DNA of 32,710 bases from a virus (Duplodnaviria; Caudoviricetes), in IMG/VR virus record IMGVR_UViG_3300046049_000003, positions 1-32,710 of that record; one strand, given 5' to 3'. The translations under genes and the position numbers were made by a program. Below, piece by piece: positions 17,902 to 27,621 of the stretch. The notes beneath the pieces are model-generated. The model saw nothing but the letters and a program-made list of their open reading frames with translations, searched no databases and was not told the DNA's origin. The first letter of the stretch is position 1; every line of letters starts with the position of its first letter.

Positions 17902-18257
17902 TCTGTCCCGGATAGCTCCACGTACACAGAGGTTTCTGCTCCCCCGTCATTTTGGACTCTGAGGGAGGCTCTAACCAGGGTGGTGAAGAAACTAAACAGC
18001 AGATACACGTCCTCCTCACCAGAGATGTCCAGGTTTGTGACTTTTGTGGGTGGATTATCCAGGCTGCTCTGCGTTGTCACTGCCACAGGCCCCACGCCAG
18101 TCCTGGTAGAGTTAGCCCCCAGGGGAGTTACTGTGAGGTCCGTGGAATCTACGTCTCCATTGAGCCTGACTACCAGGTCTCTATCCCCCTGGATGTCTAT
18201 GGCCGTGGAAAACTCCTCCTCCGCTCCAGGCGCTATGGTCAGGACCTCATTAGTCAT
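17898..18257 (-). CDS. Hypothetical beta-rich virion protein (decoration-like)
   Basis: 119 aa between the MCP and the adaptor. Confidence 0.6.
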   Translation of the reverse strand: MTNEVLTIAPGAEEEFSTAIDIQGDRDLVVRLNGDVDSTDLTVTPLGANSTRTGVGPVAVTTQSSLDNPPTKVTNLDISGEEDVYLLFSFFTTLVRASLRVQNDGGAETSVYVELSGTE

Positions 18258-18810
18258 CTCTCATCTCCTCCAGAGTGGAGATGAGGTCTTCTGTGGAGCG
18301 GGACTCTGCCTCCTCCACTGCTCCCGTGGTTTGTGCCAGTGGGAGTAGCTCCTCCCGGTAATCCAGGGACTCCAGGTCCTCCGGGATGTCTCCCAGGTGG
18401 TCCTCCTCATCCTCCTCATCAGTCCCCTCTGCAGACCCCTCTGGCTCCTCTGACTCCTCTCCATCCTCCTCTGCAGACTCCTCTACCTCCTCTGTCTCTG
18501 CCTCTGCCTCCTCCTCATCAGTCTCCTCATCCTCTGACCGCCAGTCATCCAGGACCTCCTGGATGGTCCGGTCTGGGTCCTCTGCCTGGTAGATAGAGTG
18601 ACACTCCGCTGCTACCTCCTCTGGGACCTCCTCCAGTCCTAACCGCTCTAGCTCATTCCAGGCTGTCTGGACTCCCGTGAGGACTATCTCCTCCGGGGAG
18701 TAGATGACTGCTCTTTGAAACCTGTGCGACCCCTGTCCCTCATTGTATTGATGACGGACTCCGTGGACGTTTTGCGGTCCCTCTGGCGGGATAAAGCCTC
18801 TAACTGTCAT
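18250..18810 (-). CDS. Acidic post-capsid protein with C-terminal helix-extended-helix domain
   Basis: Poly-E linker; C-terminus IPEDLESLDYREELLPLA; typical position after the MCP. Confidence 0.75.
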   Translation of the reverse strand: MTVRGFIPPEGPQNVHGVRHQYNEGQGSHRFQRAVIYSPEEIVLTGVQTAWNELERLGLEEVPEEVAAECHSIYQAEDPDRTIQEVLDDWRSEDEETDEEEAEAETEEVEESAEEDGEESEEPEGSAEGTDEEDEEDHLGDIPEDLESLDYREELLPLAQTTGAVEEAESRSTEDLISTLEEMRDD

Positions 18811-18884
18811 GCTTGCATGTCCTCCAGTAAGAGCGTAATACCTCCAGTGAGGTATAGATGGGGGGTAATCCAGCTACCCTGTCG

Positions 18885-20030
18885 CTACGCCAGGTCCGTG
18901 AGCAGACTGCCGTATTTGTCCGCGCCGGCAGAAAGCTCGTAGACCCCATACTGCTTCATGAAGTAGTCATCACTGTCCTGGGTCTTACCCAGTGCCTCCA
19001 TCACCAGGTCAGACAGATTGTGGAACATGCTAAAGCGCATGTCCAGAGTGATGAACTCCCTGCTGTCTGCAGCGTTTGGCATGTAGTCAGAGACCACAGT
19101 GGGGACCCCATCCACTCTGATAGCCCTAGCCCCAAATTCAATGGTCCGCTGACCATCTACTGTGGTGATCTCCAGGGGGTCATGCTCATCACTGTCATTT
19201 TTGAGGTCCGTGAGAGTCTTGAGGTCAGTGACATTGATGAGGCTACCCATGTCACCTCCGTCCTCTGCAGCCAGCCTCATGTTTTCTCTGACCTCCTCCG
19301 TAGTGATGGAGGTCCCTGCTCCAGCAGAGGGACTCCGGTCTCTACCCTGATCTGCCAGGATAGTCCTGACTCCCTTGAAACCTCTTTCGTCAGTGAGACT
19401 CCCGTCAGTGGTCCCTGCAGTGGGGTCCCCATTGAGAGCAGCGTTCTCAGCCCACTGCCGCATGGACATGGACTTTCGCTCCTGGTCCCCTGCCATGCTG
19501 TTACGGAGTCCAGCAGAGGCTAGCTGCATGGGACCGGAGACCTCCCCTCTAATCCGCCAGTAGGACATGTCCAGACTCTGTGTCTGGATAGTGTCCTCTC
19601 CGTGGTCAGAGGGAACGTCAGTCTCTCCCCCAAACTCCGGTTCCGCCAGGCCAGTCACACTGTCCTGGTCCACAGAGTCCGTCTCTGCAGTGAACTTGGG
19701 GAGAGCCTCGTAGAAGGGGGTCCGCTTAGTCGCCAGCATGGTCAGGTCCTCTCTGGGGAAAACGGGGAGGGTGATGTCATCCGTCCCAAAGAAGGCTTTT
19801 GCCACCTCAGAGCTAGCAGACCGGAATGTCTCACCGTCCTGCATACGCTCATCTATGGCTCTGTAGACTGGCTCCAGTTGCTTTGCCATGTGGGGACGCT
19901 CATCCACAGGTCTGCCACTGTGGAGACCCATAGGGTCAGAGTAGAGCGTCCCGCCAGGGAGGTCCCCGAAAGACCCCCTGTAGTTCTTTCTGACATTGAT
20001 ACTCCTGTTACTCTGGTAAAGTGATTGCAT
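18885..20030 (-). CDS. Major capsid protein (HK97 fold)
   Basis: 381 aa; AENAALNGD, RGFKGV, DGVPTVVSDYMP, EALGKTQDSD motifs; synteny. Confidence 0.9.
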   Translation of the reverse strand: MQSLYQSNRSINVRKNYRGSFGDLPGGTLYSDPMGLHSGRPVDERPHMAKQLEPVYRAIDERMQDGETFRSASSEVAKAFFGTDDITLPVFPREDLTMLATKRTPFYEALPKFTAETDSVDQDSVTGLAEPEFGGETDVPSDHGEDTIQTQSLDMSYWRIRGEVSGPMQLASAGLRNSMAGDQERKSMSMRQWAENAALNGDPTAGTTDGSLTDERGFKGVRTILADQGRDRSPSAGAGTSITTEEVRENMRLAAEDGGDMGSLINVTDLKTLTDLKNDSDEHDPLEITTVDGQRTIEFGARAIRVDGVPTVVSDYMPNAADSREFITLDMRFSMFHNLSDLVMEALGKTQDSDDYFMKQYGVYELSAGADKYGSLLTDLA

Positions 20031-20033
20031 GGG

Positions 20034-20867
20034 TTAGTCACTCTCCTGGCTCTGCTCCTGGCTAGCTCCCTGTGCCTCCGTCTGGGACTCCTTGCCTTTC
20101 TGGATAGCGTCCTGGAAGGCCAGCGTCCCGTCAGACTTTGAGACATGGCCTACCTCCTCCTGGAGGTCAGTGTCCAGAGCTGTCCCAGTCCCCTTTCTGG
20201 TCTGGTCCTGCTGGACTGCTTTCTCCAGCGTCTCCAGACGTTTCTCCAGATCATCCTCCTGGGAGCCACCGTCTCCGCCTCCGTCTCCCTCCTGGGACCC
20301 CTGGGAGCCAGCCTCCTGACCCTCCTGGGTCTCCTGACCGTCAGAGCTAGAGTCTCCGTCCTCCGTGAGACGCTCCTCTAGTTCATCAATCCGGTCCATT
20401 AGCTCCTGATTGATGTCCTGGTCACTGCCACCGTCCTGACCGCCAGCGTCCTGACTGCCACCGTCTCCGCCCTCCGGGAGGTCTGCCTCCTGGAGTCCCT
20501 CCTGGACCCCCTCTGCCGCAGCCTCCTTAATTGCCTGTGTGAACTCGTCTACGTCAGTGTTACTGTCTCCACTCATGCTTTTTGCTACCTTTTGTAGTGT
20601 GTTTGATTGCTCTAGCTGGCCTGGGTCTGCTACGTCAGAGAGGACTGCCTCTAGCTCCTCCTCTACCTCTGCCACTCTCCCGTTTTTGACAGACTGGAGG
20701 ATGGACTCCAGACGGTCAAAGTTTCTCTGGGAGAGTGTCCTCCCCTCCTTGCTGATGGGAGGGTCCCCGTCTGCTCGTTTGGCTACCAGAAACCTAGCGT
20801 CATCCACTGCAGGGTCATCCACTAGGGAGACATGGCTCACAAAGTCCAGGTCCAGAAGGTTAGTCAT
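20034..20867 (-). CDS. Scaffold protein with N-terminal protease strand (HVSLVDDPA)
   Basis: Start MTNLLDL at 20867; acidic coiled-coil segments; upstream of the MCP. Confidence 0.75.
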   Translation of the reverse strand: MTNLLDLDFVSHVSLVDDPAVDDARFLVAKRADGDPPISKEGRTLSQRNFDRLESILQSVKNGRVAEVEEELEAVLSDVADPGQLEQSNTLQKVAKSMSGDSNTDVDEFTQAIKEAAAEGVQEGLQEADLPEGGDGGSQDAGGQDGGSDQDINQELMDRIDELEERLTEDGDSSSDGQETQEGQEAGSQGSQEGDGGGDGGSQEDDLEKRLETLEKAVQQDQTRKGTGTALDTDLQEEVGHVSKSDGTLAFQDAIQKGKESQTEAQGASQEQSQESD

Positions 20868-21300
20868 CTGCAGCCTCCTCCAGGGAGCGTCTCTCTCCCT
20901 GACCGTAGATGGAGAAACCAGTGTAGTCTCCATCCATGACTCCTTTCCAGACCTCATCCTTTGTGACCCTGACCTGGAACAGCCAGGTCCCCTTTGGGAT
21001 TACGTCCTCCTCAAAGGAGACATCTGGCTCCCCTCCAGGGAGTCCCTCCGGGTCTAGATGGAGGTCCCCTGGGAGCGGGAGGCTACCTACTGGGACCCCT
21101 ACCTCCTCAAAGGTATGCATGAGGTCCACGTTTTGGTAGTCCTCCATGAATTTCCAGGCCACTGTTTCTATGTTCTCCTCTCTGACAACATCCCCATGAC
21201 GGTCCTCCTGGTCAGGGATGAGGACTGGACCAGTGACTACCTGCTCCTCCTCATCTACCTTTACAATAGGGACCCGCTTCTGGACTGTCTGGGGACTCAT
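20860..21300 (-). CDS. Prohead protease, XkdF-like
   Basis: VTGPVLIPD..DRHGD, NVDLMH, IPKGTW, GDYTGFSI motifs; TATA-like TTTACTTAAG about 25 nt upstream. Confidence 0.85.
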   Translation of the reverse strand: MSPQTVQKRVPIVKVDEEEQVVTGPVLIPDQEDRHGDVVREENIETVAWKFMEDYQNVDLMHTFEEVGVPVGSLPLPGDLHLDPEGLPGGEPDVSFEEDVIPKGTWLFQVRVTKDEVWKGVMDGDYTGFSIYGQGERRSLEEAADD

Positions 21301-21402
21301 CCACTCTCATCTATACCCCCCTTAAGTAAAGGTTTAGTCTGACGTTTACCCTGTGTCTACCCCGTCAGAGTAAGCTATTTGTCGTATGAGGGTTATTGTC
21401 AT

Positions 21403-21602
21403 AGTAGGTGTGGAACTCTCATGGGTAGGGCCTATAGGTTCCCACCTGTGGACAGGCTCCTCCACGGGGGCTTTTCACCTCCGTAGGAGTGGCAGAGATA
21501 AATCAGAGGGAGGTTAGCACCGGACCCCCTCTGTCGTGAAAGCACCCACTGGAGGTCCTGGGGGAAAAATAAGGACCACTCCACCCCTGGAGGGTGGTTT
21601 TT
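21403..21602 (+). ncRNA. Candidate structured ncRNA (five consecutive hairpins ending in hairpin+T5)
   Basis: Stems at 21406-21447, 21457-21489, 21504-21533, 21554-21577 and 21581-21597, then TTTTT. Confidence 0.5.
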
Positions 21603-21650
21603 GGACTCTTTACCTGGGTATGACCGTAACTGACCGGAGAAAAGACCGCT

Positions 21651-21743
21651 CTATAGCACCAGGACCAGGAGGAGCGTCCCTCCCAGGACCAGGACACAAA
21701 ACACGAAAAGGAGGACTCTGACGGACCAGTCCAGGAGGTCCAT
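21651..21743 (-). CDS. 30-aa single-TM peptide (MDLLDWSVRVLLFVFCVLVLGGTLLLVLVL)
   Basis: Hand translation; starts 2 nt after the upstream stop, GGAGG upstream. Confidence 0.6.
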   Translation of the reverse strand: MDLLDWSVRVLLFVFCVLVLGGTLLLVLVL

Positions 21744-21745
21744 CC

Positions 21746-22051
21746 CTACCTATTCCTCCACATGAGGTCAGAGATGTCTCCCACGGTCTCCAGAGTGTCA
21801 TACTCTGCCTGTCCGTTTTCCCAGTCCCAAAAGTGGACCTCATCTGCCTGATGGTAGTCCTCCCCATCAATAGTAGCGGGAGTCCAGATATGCTCCAGAC
21901 TGCTCTCCCCTTTCTCCCAGATGGAGATATGACCCCCTCCGTCTGGGTTGTAGACCCACTCCACTACCCAGGTGGAGATGGACTTTCTCTGATACTCCAT
22001 ACCGTCATCCAGGTCCCCGTTAACAGGGGTCCGGTTTTCAGTGGTCATCAT
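21746..22051 (-). CDS. Moron-like hypothetical protein (start MMTTENR)
   Basis: Start overlaps the conserved AGGCAGTGTCATGATGACCAC motif; inserted between portal and protease. Confidence 0.7.
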   Translation of the reverse strand: MMTTENRTPVNGDLDDGMEYQRKSISTWVVEWVYNPDGGGHISIWEKGESSLEHIWTPATIDGEDYHQADEVHFWDWENGQAEYDTLETVGDISDLMWRNR

Positions 22052-22109
22052 GACACTGCCTCTACTACCCTCTACAGCACCCACTGACAAAAGTGTTGTG
22101 GGTGGTGTG

Positions 22110-24662
22110 TCAGTCACACAGTGACCCTTTGAGACCGGACTGCTCTATCCATTTGTAGTAAGTGGCTTTGGACCCCAGTCCCATCTCCTCCCATGCCTGC
22201 GAGCGGGAGAGGTCCCCCCGTTGGACAGCTAGCTCCTTGCGGAGGAGGACTTTCCAGGTCTCCACCCCATGCTGTTTTCTGACCTCCTCCCTGGCGTCAG
22301 ACTCTACGGACTGTCCCCACTCCTTTGCGTTTTGGACCACTCCCCTGGGGATAAGCTCATAGTCACACCTACACTGGATACCCCACTGACTGTCTCCGGG
22401 ATACTCCTCCTCCACCCCACTGGGTCCGTTTTGGTCCTCCGTATTGTAGTCTACCACAAATGGCTCCTCTAAGGGGACTGTCTCCCCATCCATCAGAGCA
22501 TGTGCGTCCCGCTCCCTGCCGTCTATATTGGTAATCCACTGTTTGGACCAGCCTCCTACCTCCCCGGCAGTCTCTCTGGCAAATTCCATCCTCCCCTCTT
22601 TGGCTGCTTTCCCCATCTGGTCTCTAGCTAGACGCTCTGCCTCTGTGTCCGTCCATTTGTCCGTCAGGGACTCTATGTCCCGCTCTATGTCAGTGATGGA
22701 CTTACCCTCTGACCATCCCTCCTGGAGTGTCTCCTTAATCTCCCCCTCCAGCCTCTGGGTGATGTCCTGGGAGACCTGCATGGTCCGTCTTTCCAGACGG
22801 GTAGCCACCCTGTCAGTGAACTCCCCTAACTCTATGTCACTGGCATCCAGTCCTGCCTGTGCTAACTCCCCCTTTATGGAGTTCTGACCATCCAGGACTT
22901 TCCTGGCTTTGTGGGTAGCCACCACCTCCCCTAGCTCCTTTGCCATGTCCCCCCTGATGTCCTGCTCTATCAACTGGAAAAAGTCCGGGAGAGCTTTCTC
23001 CGCCTCTCCACCCTGGACCTGCTGCTCTGCAGTCCACTGCTCAGAGTTAGCTTTGATGTCATCCAGGACGCTCTCCAGATATTTCCTATATACGTCACTG
23101 ACATCCTCCAGGAGCGTCTTAATCTCCTTTGGCTGGAAACTCATCTCCTGGTAGTCTGCAGACTGACGGAGTGGGGTGTCCTCTAGGGACATCTCCCCCT
23201 CCTTGGCTACCCCAGAGCAGCTATGGGAGCCACCCTGGGGACCGCTAAAATCCTTGGTCTGCCTCTCCTGGACCTCCTGGTCCGTCTCCATCATAGGCTG
23301 CAGACCCTCTGTCAGAGCGTCCTGGTTATCTGCCTCCGTAGACTGTTCCCCCATGATGTCTGACAGTGGTCCTCCGTCACCACCCCCGCCAGAGCCAGAC
23401 CCTATGTTAGGCGGGGGACCCTCTCCCCAGTCCTTTGGCTCTTTGCCTAACATCTCCCTCCCCTCATTGATGTTTAGGATACTCTTTTCTACCAGGGTGG
23501 TAGCCATGCTAGCTAGCTCCTTTTTCTCCATGAGGTCCAGACCAGGCTCATACCTAAACTCCAGGTCCTCCGTAAAGTGAGCCTGGATAAACTCCTTATT
23601 CCAGGTCTCCTCCCGCTCATTGAGGAGGCTCTGGATGGTTTTTTGCTTGTACCGCTGCCTCTGACTTACGTCAGTGGCTCTGGTCATCTCCTCCCCTATG
23701 GCTAGTCCGTTCTCACTCACTGGGACTTTGAAGATAGCTCCCACCAGCTTGAAATACCACTGCTGGCGGTCCAGTATCTGGAGGTCTTTGTAGGAGGCAG
23801 TGAATGGCTCAAACTTAGCCTCCCCTTTCGCCAGAGGGACCTTATGCTGCTCCCCCTTTACGTTGTTTTCCCAGTAGTCCTCAAAGCGGTTGTAGTCATT
23901 ATCAGACCAGTCCCCTACCAGACTGACTATCCCCGGAGGCATACCCTCCTCTAGTTCCCGCTCCTCACTGTCCATCAGACCCCCTATGATATTGATAACT
24001 CTCTGGAGTTTTTCCGTGGGGGAGTGACCGTATATCATGGCTCTGGAGGTCTCCTTACCCAGGGTCTCCCAGATGATCTGCTCTGGGTCAAACCTGGTAG
24101 GCTGTCCCCAGAAACCAGAGCCTGCCTGTGGATACTGCCAGAAGGCTCTAATCACTCTGTGGGAGTCCCAGTCCACGGTGAAAGTGTTAGGGTCCAGGGG
24201 ATTGACCTCCACCCGCTTGTTATCTATCTGGAAATTCTTAACTGCCACTGCATTACCCACCTCCAGGAGGTCCCTCCAGAGAGCCTCATCTACGTCAGAG
24301 CGTGACTCATCATTAGGCGTCATCCTCTGCAGGTGCCTTTCTGCGGTCTCTTTCACCTCATCTGCCACCGGGTTATCTGGGTCTGTGGGTCCAGTGGCAG
24401 TGTCAATAGCCTTGAGGTCAGAGATGATATGCTCTACAGCAGACTGGACTGCCTCTGTGTCAGATAATCGCCGTAGGCCAAAGGGATTAAACGGCCTGGG
24501 TTTGCCCCTGAATGGAGTGACTACATGCTCTGGGACCTGACCCAGACGCTCTCCGTCCTGCTTTCTCACACCCCCAGACAGATTACCCGCTCTATACCTG
24601 CCGTCTGACTCTCTCACGTCTCCACTCCACAGGGTCTTAGCCAGCCTATCAGTAATTTTCAT
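22110..24662 (-). CDS. Portal protein fused to a MuF/SPP1 gp7 head morphogenesis domain
   Basis: Portal motifs (DLLEVGNA, YGHSP, GMPPGIV, AIFKVP, NINEGREMLG), then MuF motifs (AERLARDQ, KQWITNIDGRERDAH, IQCRC). Confidence 0.9.
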   Translation of the reverse strand: MKITDRLAKTLWSGDVRESDGRYRAGNLSGGVRKQDGERLGQVPEHVVTPFRGKPRPFNPFGLRRLSDTEAVQSAVEHIISDLKAIDTATGPTDPDNPVADEVKETAERHLQRMTPNDESRSDVDEALWRDLLEVGNAVAVKNFQIDNKRVEVNPLDPNTFTVDWDSHRVIRAFWQYPQAGSGFWGQPTRFDPEQIIWETLGKETSRAMIYGHSPTEKLQRVINIIGGLMDSEERELEEGMPPGIVSLVGDWSDNDYNRFEDYWENNVKGEQHKVPLAKGEAKFEPFTASYKDLQILDRQQWYFKLVGAIFKVPVSENGLAIGEEMTRATDVSQRQRYKQKTIQSLLNEREETWNKEFIQAHFTEDLEFRYEPGLDLMEKKELASMATTLVEKSILNINEGREMLGKEPKDWGEGPPPNIGSGSGGGGDGGPLSDIMGEQSTEADNQDALTEGLQPMMETDQEVQERQTKDFSGPQGGSHSCSGVAKEGEMSLEDTPLRQSADYQEMSFQPKEIKTLLEDVSDVYRKYLESVLDDIKANSEQWTAEQQVQGGEAEKALPDFFQLIEQDIRGDMAKELGEVVATHKARKVLDGQNSIKGELAQAGLDASDIELGEFTDRVATRLERRTMQVSQDITQRLEGEIKETLQEGWSEGKSITDIERDIESLTDKWTDTEAERLARDQMGKAAKEGRMEFARETAGEVGGWSKQWITNIDGRERDAHALMDGETVPLEEPFVVDYNTEDQNGPSGVEEEYPGDSQWGIQCRCDYELIPRGVVQNAKEWGQSVESDAREEVRKQHGVETWKVLLRKELAVQRGDLSRSQAWEEMGLGSKATYYKWIEQSGLKGSLCD

Positions 24663-24680
24663 GTCTCTATTATCCTCCGT

Positions 24681-26207
24681 TTAAGTCTCCAGGGACTTTA
24701 CTCTGGGTCCCCAGTGGGTCTCATCTGCAGCCAGGACAGCCAGTCCAATTGACCAGAAAGCCTCCCCGTGGCCCTCATCAGTCTCCACTGCCTCCAGATC
24801 ATTACTGACCGCCAGGACCTGCCTCCGCTGGCGGTCCTCCGGGAACAGGATGAGTCTCTCTGCTCCTGCATAGACATCAAACTTAGTTGCTATTTTGTCA
24901 TTAGTCCCGCCAGACAGAGACACACCATCCATCTCATCTGGGAGGTCCCCCATCTCATCCATACTTTCAAACTCTCCCCTGGTGTTATCATACTTTATGG
25001 TCTTAACCCCAAAGCAGTCTATGGCCCTCTCACAGTATTTTGCCTGCCTGGTGTAGTCCCAGGAGTCCATCCATTTAGAGTGGACCTGGACCATCTTTCT
25101 CACGGAGTCCTCCCCCTCCTCTGATAGGACTGCAAAGACCGCCAGGTGGGAGGGATGTCTCTTTTTCCCTATGTCCATGCCTCCCACATACCCGTCTATA
25201 GTCTGGGGAGCGGGACTGTCCCAGTTAGACTGGAGTTTTGTCTCCTCCCCCAGGTCCTGGAGTCCGTCCTGGAGCAGAGGGGCTAGCTCCTCCTCCCGGA
25301 AATAGCCTATCTCCCTGCTCATTGGTTCACACATATACTCCTGATTGAATAGCTTAGGGCCTATCTCCTCCTTTTCCTGCATGAGCCAGTCATAGGACCG
25401 CCAGTTATCCCAGATGACATCCGGGGGGTCATGGCTCTTAATTGCAGGGTCTATCCTGTGAGCATACTCCTCCATGAGGTCCTGGTCAAAAACAAAGTCC
25501 TCCTCCGTCTGGGGGGTGGTCACAATATGTAGCTGGTCATCCTCATGGGTGGGTATGCCTTTGACAGTGGTCTTAAAGATGTAGTTGATTTTCAGGACCT
25601 TGGTAGGGTTTAGCTGTCCTGCTCCTCCCTTGCCGGCGGGGTCCTGGAAGGGGTCATCTACATACACTACGTCCCCGTGGATACCCCTGGAGTGGCTCAT
25701 CATACCGTGAGGAGAGAGGGTCTGATGGTGGTCTCCGTCATCCCAGGTCCACTTACCCTTGGTCTCTGCCGTGGGTTTGCAGTCCTCCAGTGAATTGAAC
25801 CAGGGGTTTCTCTGTATCAGAGCGGAGATGGAGTCCTTTGCCTCCCCTATATGGTAGCCTGCTGATTTTTCCTTATACGAGAAATAGTGACCCTCTACAC
25901 CTGCCTGTCCGTCAGTCCAGTCCATCTCCTCCATCCCATCAAACCTAGCTCTCCAGACGGTCCAGAGCCAGTGTGCATAGAGACCTGTGCTTTTCCAGTG
26001 GTTACGGGGACCCACATGACAGGACCTGCTATTGGAACCCAGGAACCTGGCTCTGGTCAGGAGCCACTCACCTCTGACAAAGTTCTCAAATGAGTCACTG
26101 AATACCAGGTCAACAAAGGTAGGAAAGTCCTGGTAGGTAGCCTGGTAGAGAGCTAGGAGCGTCTGGTCATCTAGCTGCTCCTCTGGGTCATCTGGGAGGT
26201 CCTGCAT
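24681..26207 (-). CDS. terL: Terminase large subunit
   Basis: Walker A GPRNHWKST, Walker B RGIHGDVVYVDDP, FNQEYMCEP, nuclease motif GGMDIG. Confidence 0.95.
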   Translation of the reverse strand: MQDLPDDPEEQLDDQTLLALYQATYQDFPTFVDLVFSDSFENFVRGEWLLTRARFLGSNSRSCHVGPRNHWKSTGLYAHWLWTVWRARFDGMEEMDWTDGQAGVEGHYFSYKEKSAGYHIGEAKDSISALIQRNPWFNSLEDCKPTAETKGKWTWDDGDHHQTLSPHGMMSHSRGIHGDVVYVDDPFQDPAGKGGAGQLNPTKVLKINYIFKTTVKGIPTHEDDQLHIVTTPQTEEDFVFDQDLMEEYAHRIDPAIKSHDPPDVIWDNWRSYDWLMQEKEEIGPKLFNQEYMCEPMSREIGYFREEELAPLLQDGLQDLGEETKLQSNWDSPAPQTIDGYVGGMDIGKKRHPSHLAVFAVLSEEGEDSVRKMVQVHSKWMDSWDYTRQAKYCERAIDCFGVKTIKYDNTRGEFESMDEMGDLPDEMDGVSLSGGTNDKIATKFDVYAGAERLILFPEDRQRRQVLAVSNDLEAVETDEGHGEAFWSIGLAVLAADETHWGPRVKSLET

Positions 26208-26385
26208 GTCTACCTCCCCCCTGACGCTCCTCCATGACCTGCCTCCAGACTCTGCTCATGAGCCAGGCTCCCAGGATCATACCCAGGGAGAGACCGGAGA
26301 GAAAGTAGTGGACCTCCTTAAAGGTGGAGAGGATGGTCCCCCAGACTCTCCTGGAGGCGTGAGGCTCACCCTCTGGGTCTGTCAT
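26188..26385 (-). CDS. Small membrane protein
   Basis: 65 aa with one hydrophobic segment. Confidence 0.65.
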   Translation of the reverse strand: MTDPEGEPHASRRVWGTILSTFKEVHYFLSGLSLGMILGAWLMSRVWRQVMEERQGGGRHAGPPR

Positions 26386-26760
26386 CTACTCGCTCTCCAC
26401 GTCCTCTCCCCCGTCTGCTCTCTGCTCCTGGACTGACTGCTGGATGTCCTCTGCCTGGTCCTTAGCTGCCTCTACTGTGGTGGTCCCAAAGACCACATTA
26501 GCCCATATCAGATAGAGGTATCCTAACGCTCCTGCCACTGCCAGGATAGCTAACTCAGAGGAGAGGACTCCTGCTACCCCGGAGAGGTCTGGGAGCGTCC
26601 CATACCTGGCAGTCCTGTAGCCTATGCCCACTGCTGCCACTCCCACGGACCAGAGCAGCAGGATGGGGGGACCTGCCAGGAGCAGGATAATGATGTTTTT
26701 GACCCAGGGGTGAGCCTGGGAGCCTGTGCCTCTGTCTGGGAGACTGTCTGTTATGCTCAT
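26386..26760 (-). CDS. Membrane protein with 2 TM helices (holin-like candidate)
   Basis: Two long hydrophobic stretches and an acidic C-terminal tail. Confidence 0.7.
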   Translation of the reverse strand: MSITDSLPDRGTGSQAHPWVKNIIILLLAGPPILLLWSVGVAAVGIGYRTARYGTLPDLSGVAGVLSSELAILAVAGALGYLYLIWANVVFGTTTVEAAKDQAEDIQQSVQEQRADGGEDVESE

Positions 26761-27545
26761 GTGTCAGTGTCCTCCTGGCCCTCTCCAGCTAAGTTAGTCT
26801 GGGAGGCTTCAATGACTGCCTGGATGACTTGATCTGGAACGGAGACCTCCGTATTGATGTCTAATTCCCCGGAGAGGGTAATCTCCTCCTCATAGATACC
26901 CAAAGCGTCCCCCTTCTGACGGAGATGACTGCTCTGTTCCTGGCGGAGGAACGACCTGCCAGTCCGGTCTGGGATGTCCCGCTCTATCCCCACCACCTCC
27001 TTAGTATAGACTGGCTGTCCTTTCCAGTCCCTCTTTGGGTATTTGACTCCTGGCTGGACTACCTCATACCCATCAGTAATCCGTATGATTGTATCTATTT
27101 CTGGGTCTGCTCCCACTGGAGCAGAGTCTGGGATGGGGTCTCCTGGCTCCACCACCTCCCAGGAGTAGGGTATCTCTTTGGCGCTAGCCCTCCGCCCATC
27201 CACCTTATCCTCTACGGGGACCAGTCCTGGGACAAATTCGTCCTCTGTGGTCTGCTTTTCTGCAGACCTGGCTCTCCTGTAGAGGTCCTCATGACGGTCT
27301 GCTATCTGCTCTCTGGCGTCTGCATGTTTATCTCGGACCTGCTCCAGGACCTCCTCACTGGGTTTGCTGTTTATCCACTTTTTGATGGTCCGCTCTGAAA
27401 AGTAGGGACCGTCACCGTGATGACTCTCTATCCCCTCCTCATACAGACGCTCCTGGACCTCCGGGATGGTCAGATGGTCCAGATGGAACCACTTTAGAGC
27501 TAGTGTGACTCTCCGCTTATGCTTACTCTGCCTGCCTATGGTCAT
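26757..27545 (-). CDS. terS: Probable terminase small subunit
   Basis: N-terminal HTH (LTIPEVQERL..SERTIKKWI), helical middle, C-terminal LGIYEEEITLSG; upstream of terL. Confidence 0.7.
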   Translation of the reverse strand: MTIGRQSKHKRRVTLALKWFHLDHLTIPEVQERLYEEGIESHHGDGPYFSERTIKKWINSKPSEEVLEQVRDKHADAREQIADRHEDLYRRARSAEKQTTEDEFVPGLVPVEDKVDGRRASAKEIPYSWEVVEPGDPIPDSAPVGADPEIDTIIRITDGYEVVQPGVKYPKRDWKGQPVYTKEVVGIERDIPDRTGRSFLRQEQSSHLRQKGDALGIYEEEITLSGELDINTEVSVPDQVIQAVIEASQTNLAGEGQEDTDT

Positions 27546-27621
27546 GGTAGTCCCCTGGTCTACCTCTACCAAAGGGTAGGTGGACCTCTGATGTAAAGGG
27601 ATGGGTCACTCTGGAGAGTGA

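Noticed and set aside
24396-24408. Partial box A matches (GGCAGTGTC) here and near 10426
   Set aside because: Internal and antisense to structural genes, with no start codon or box B; likely chance
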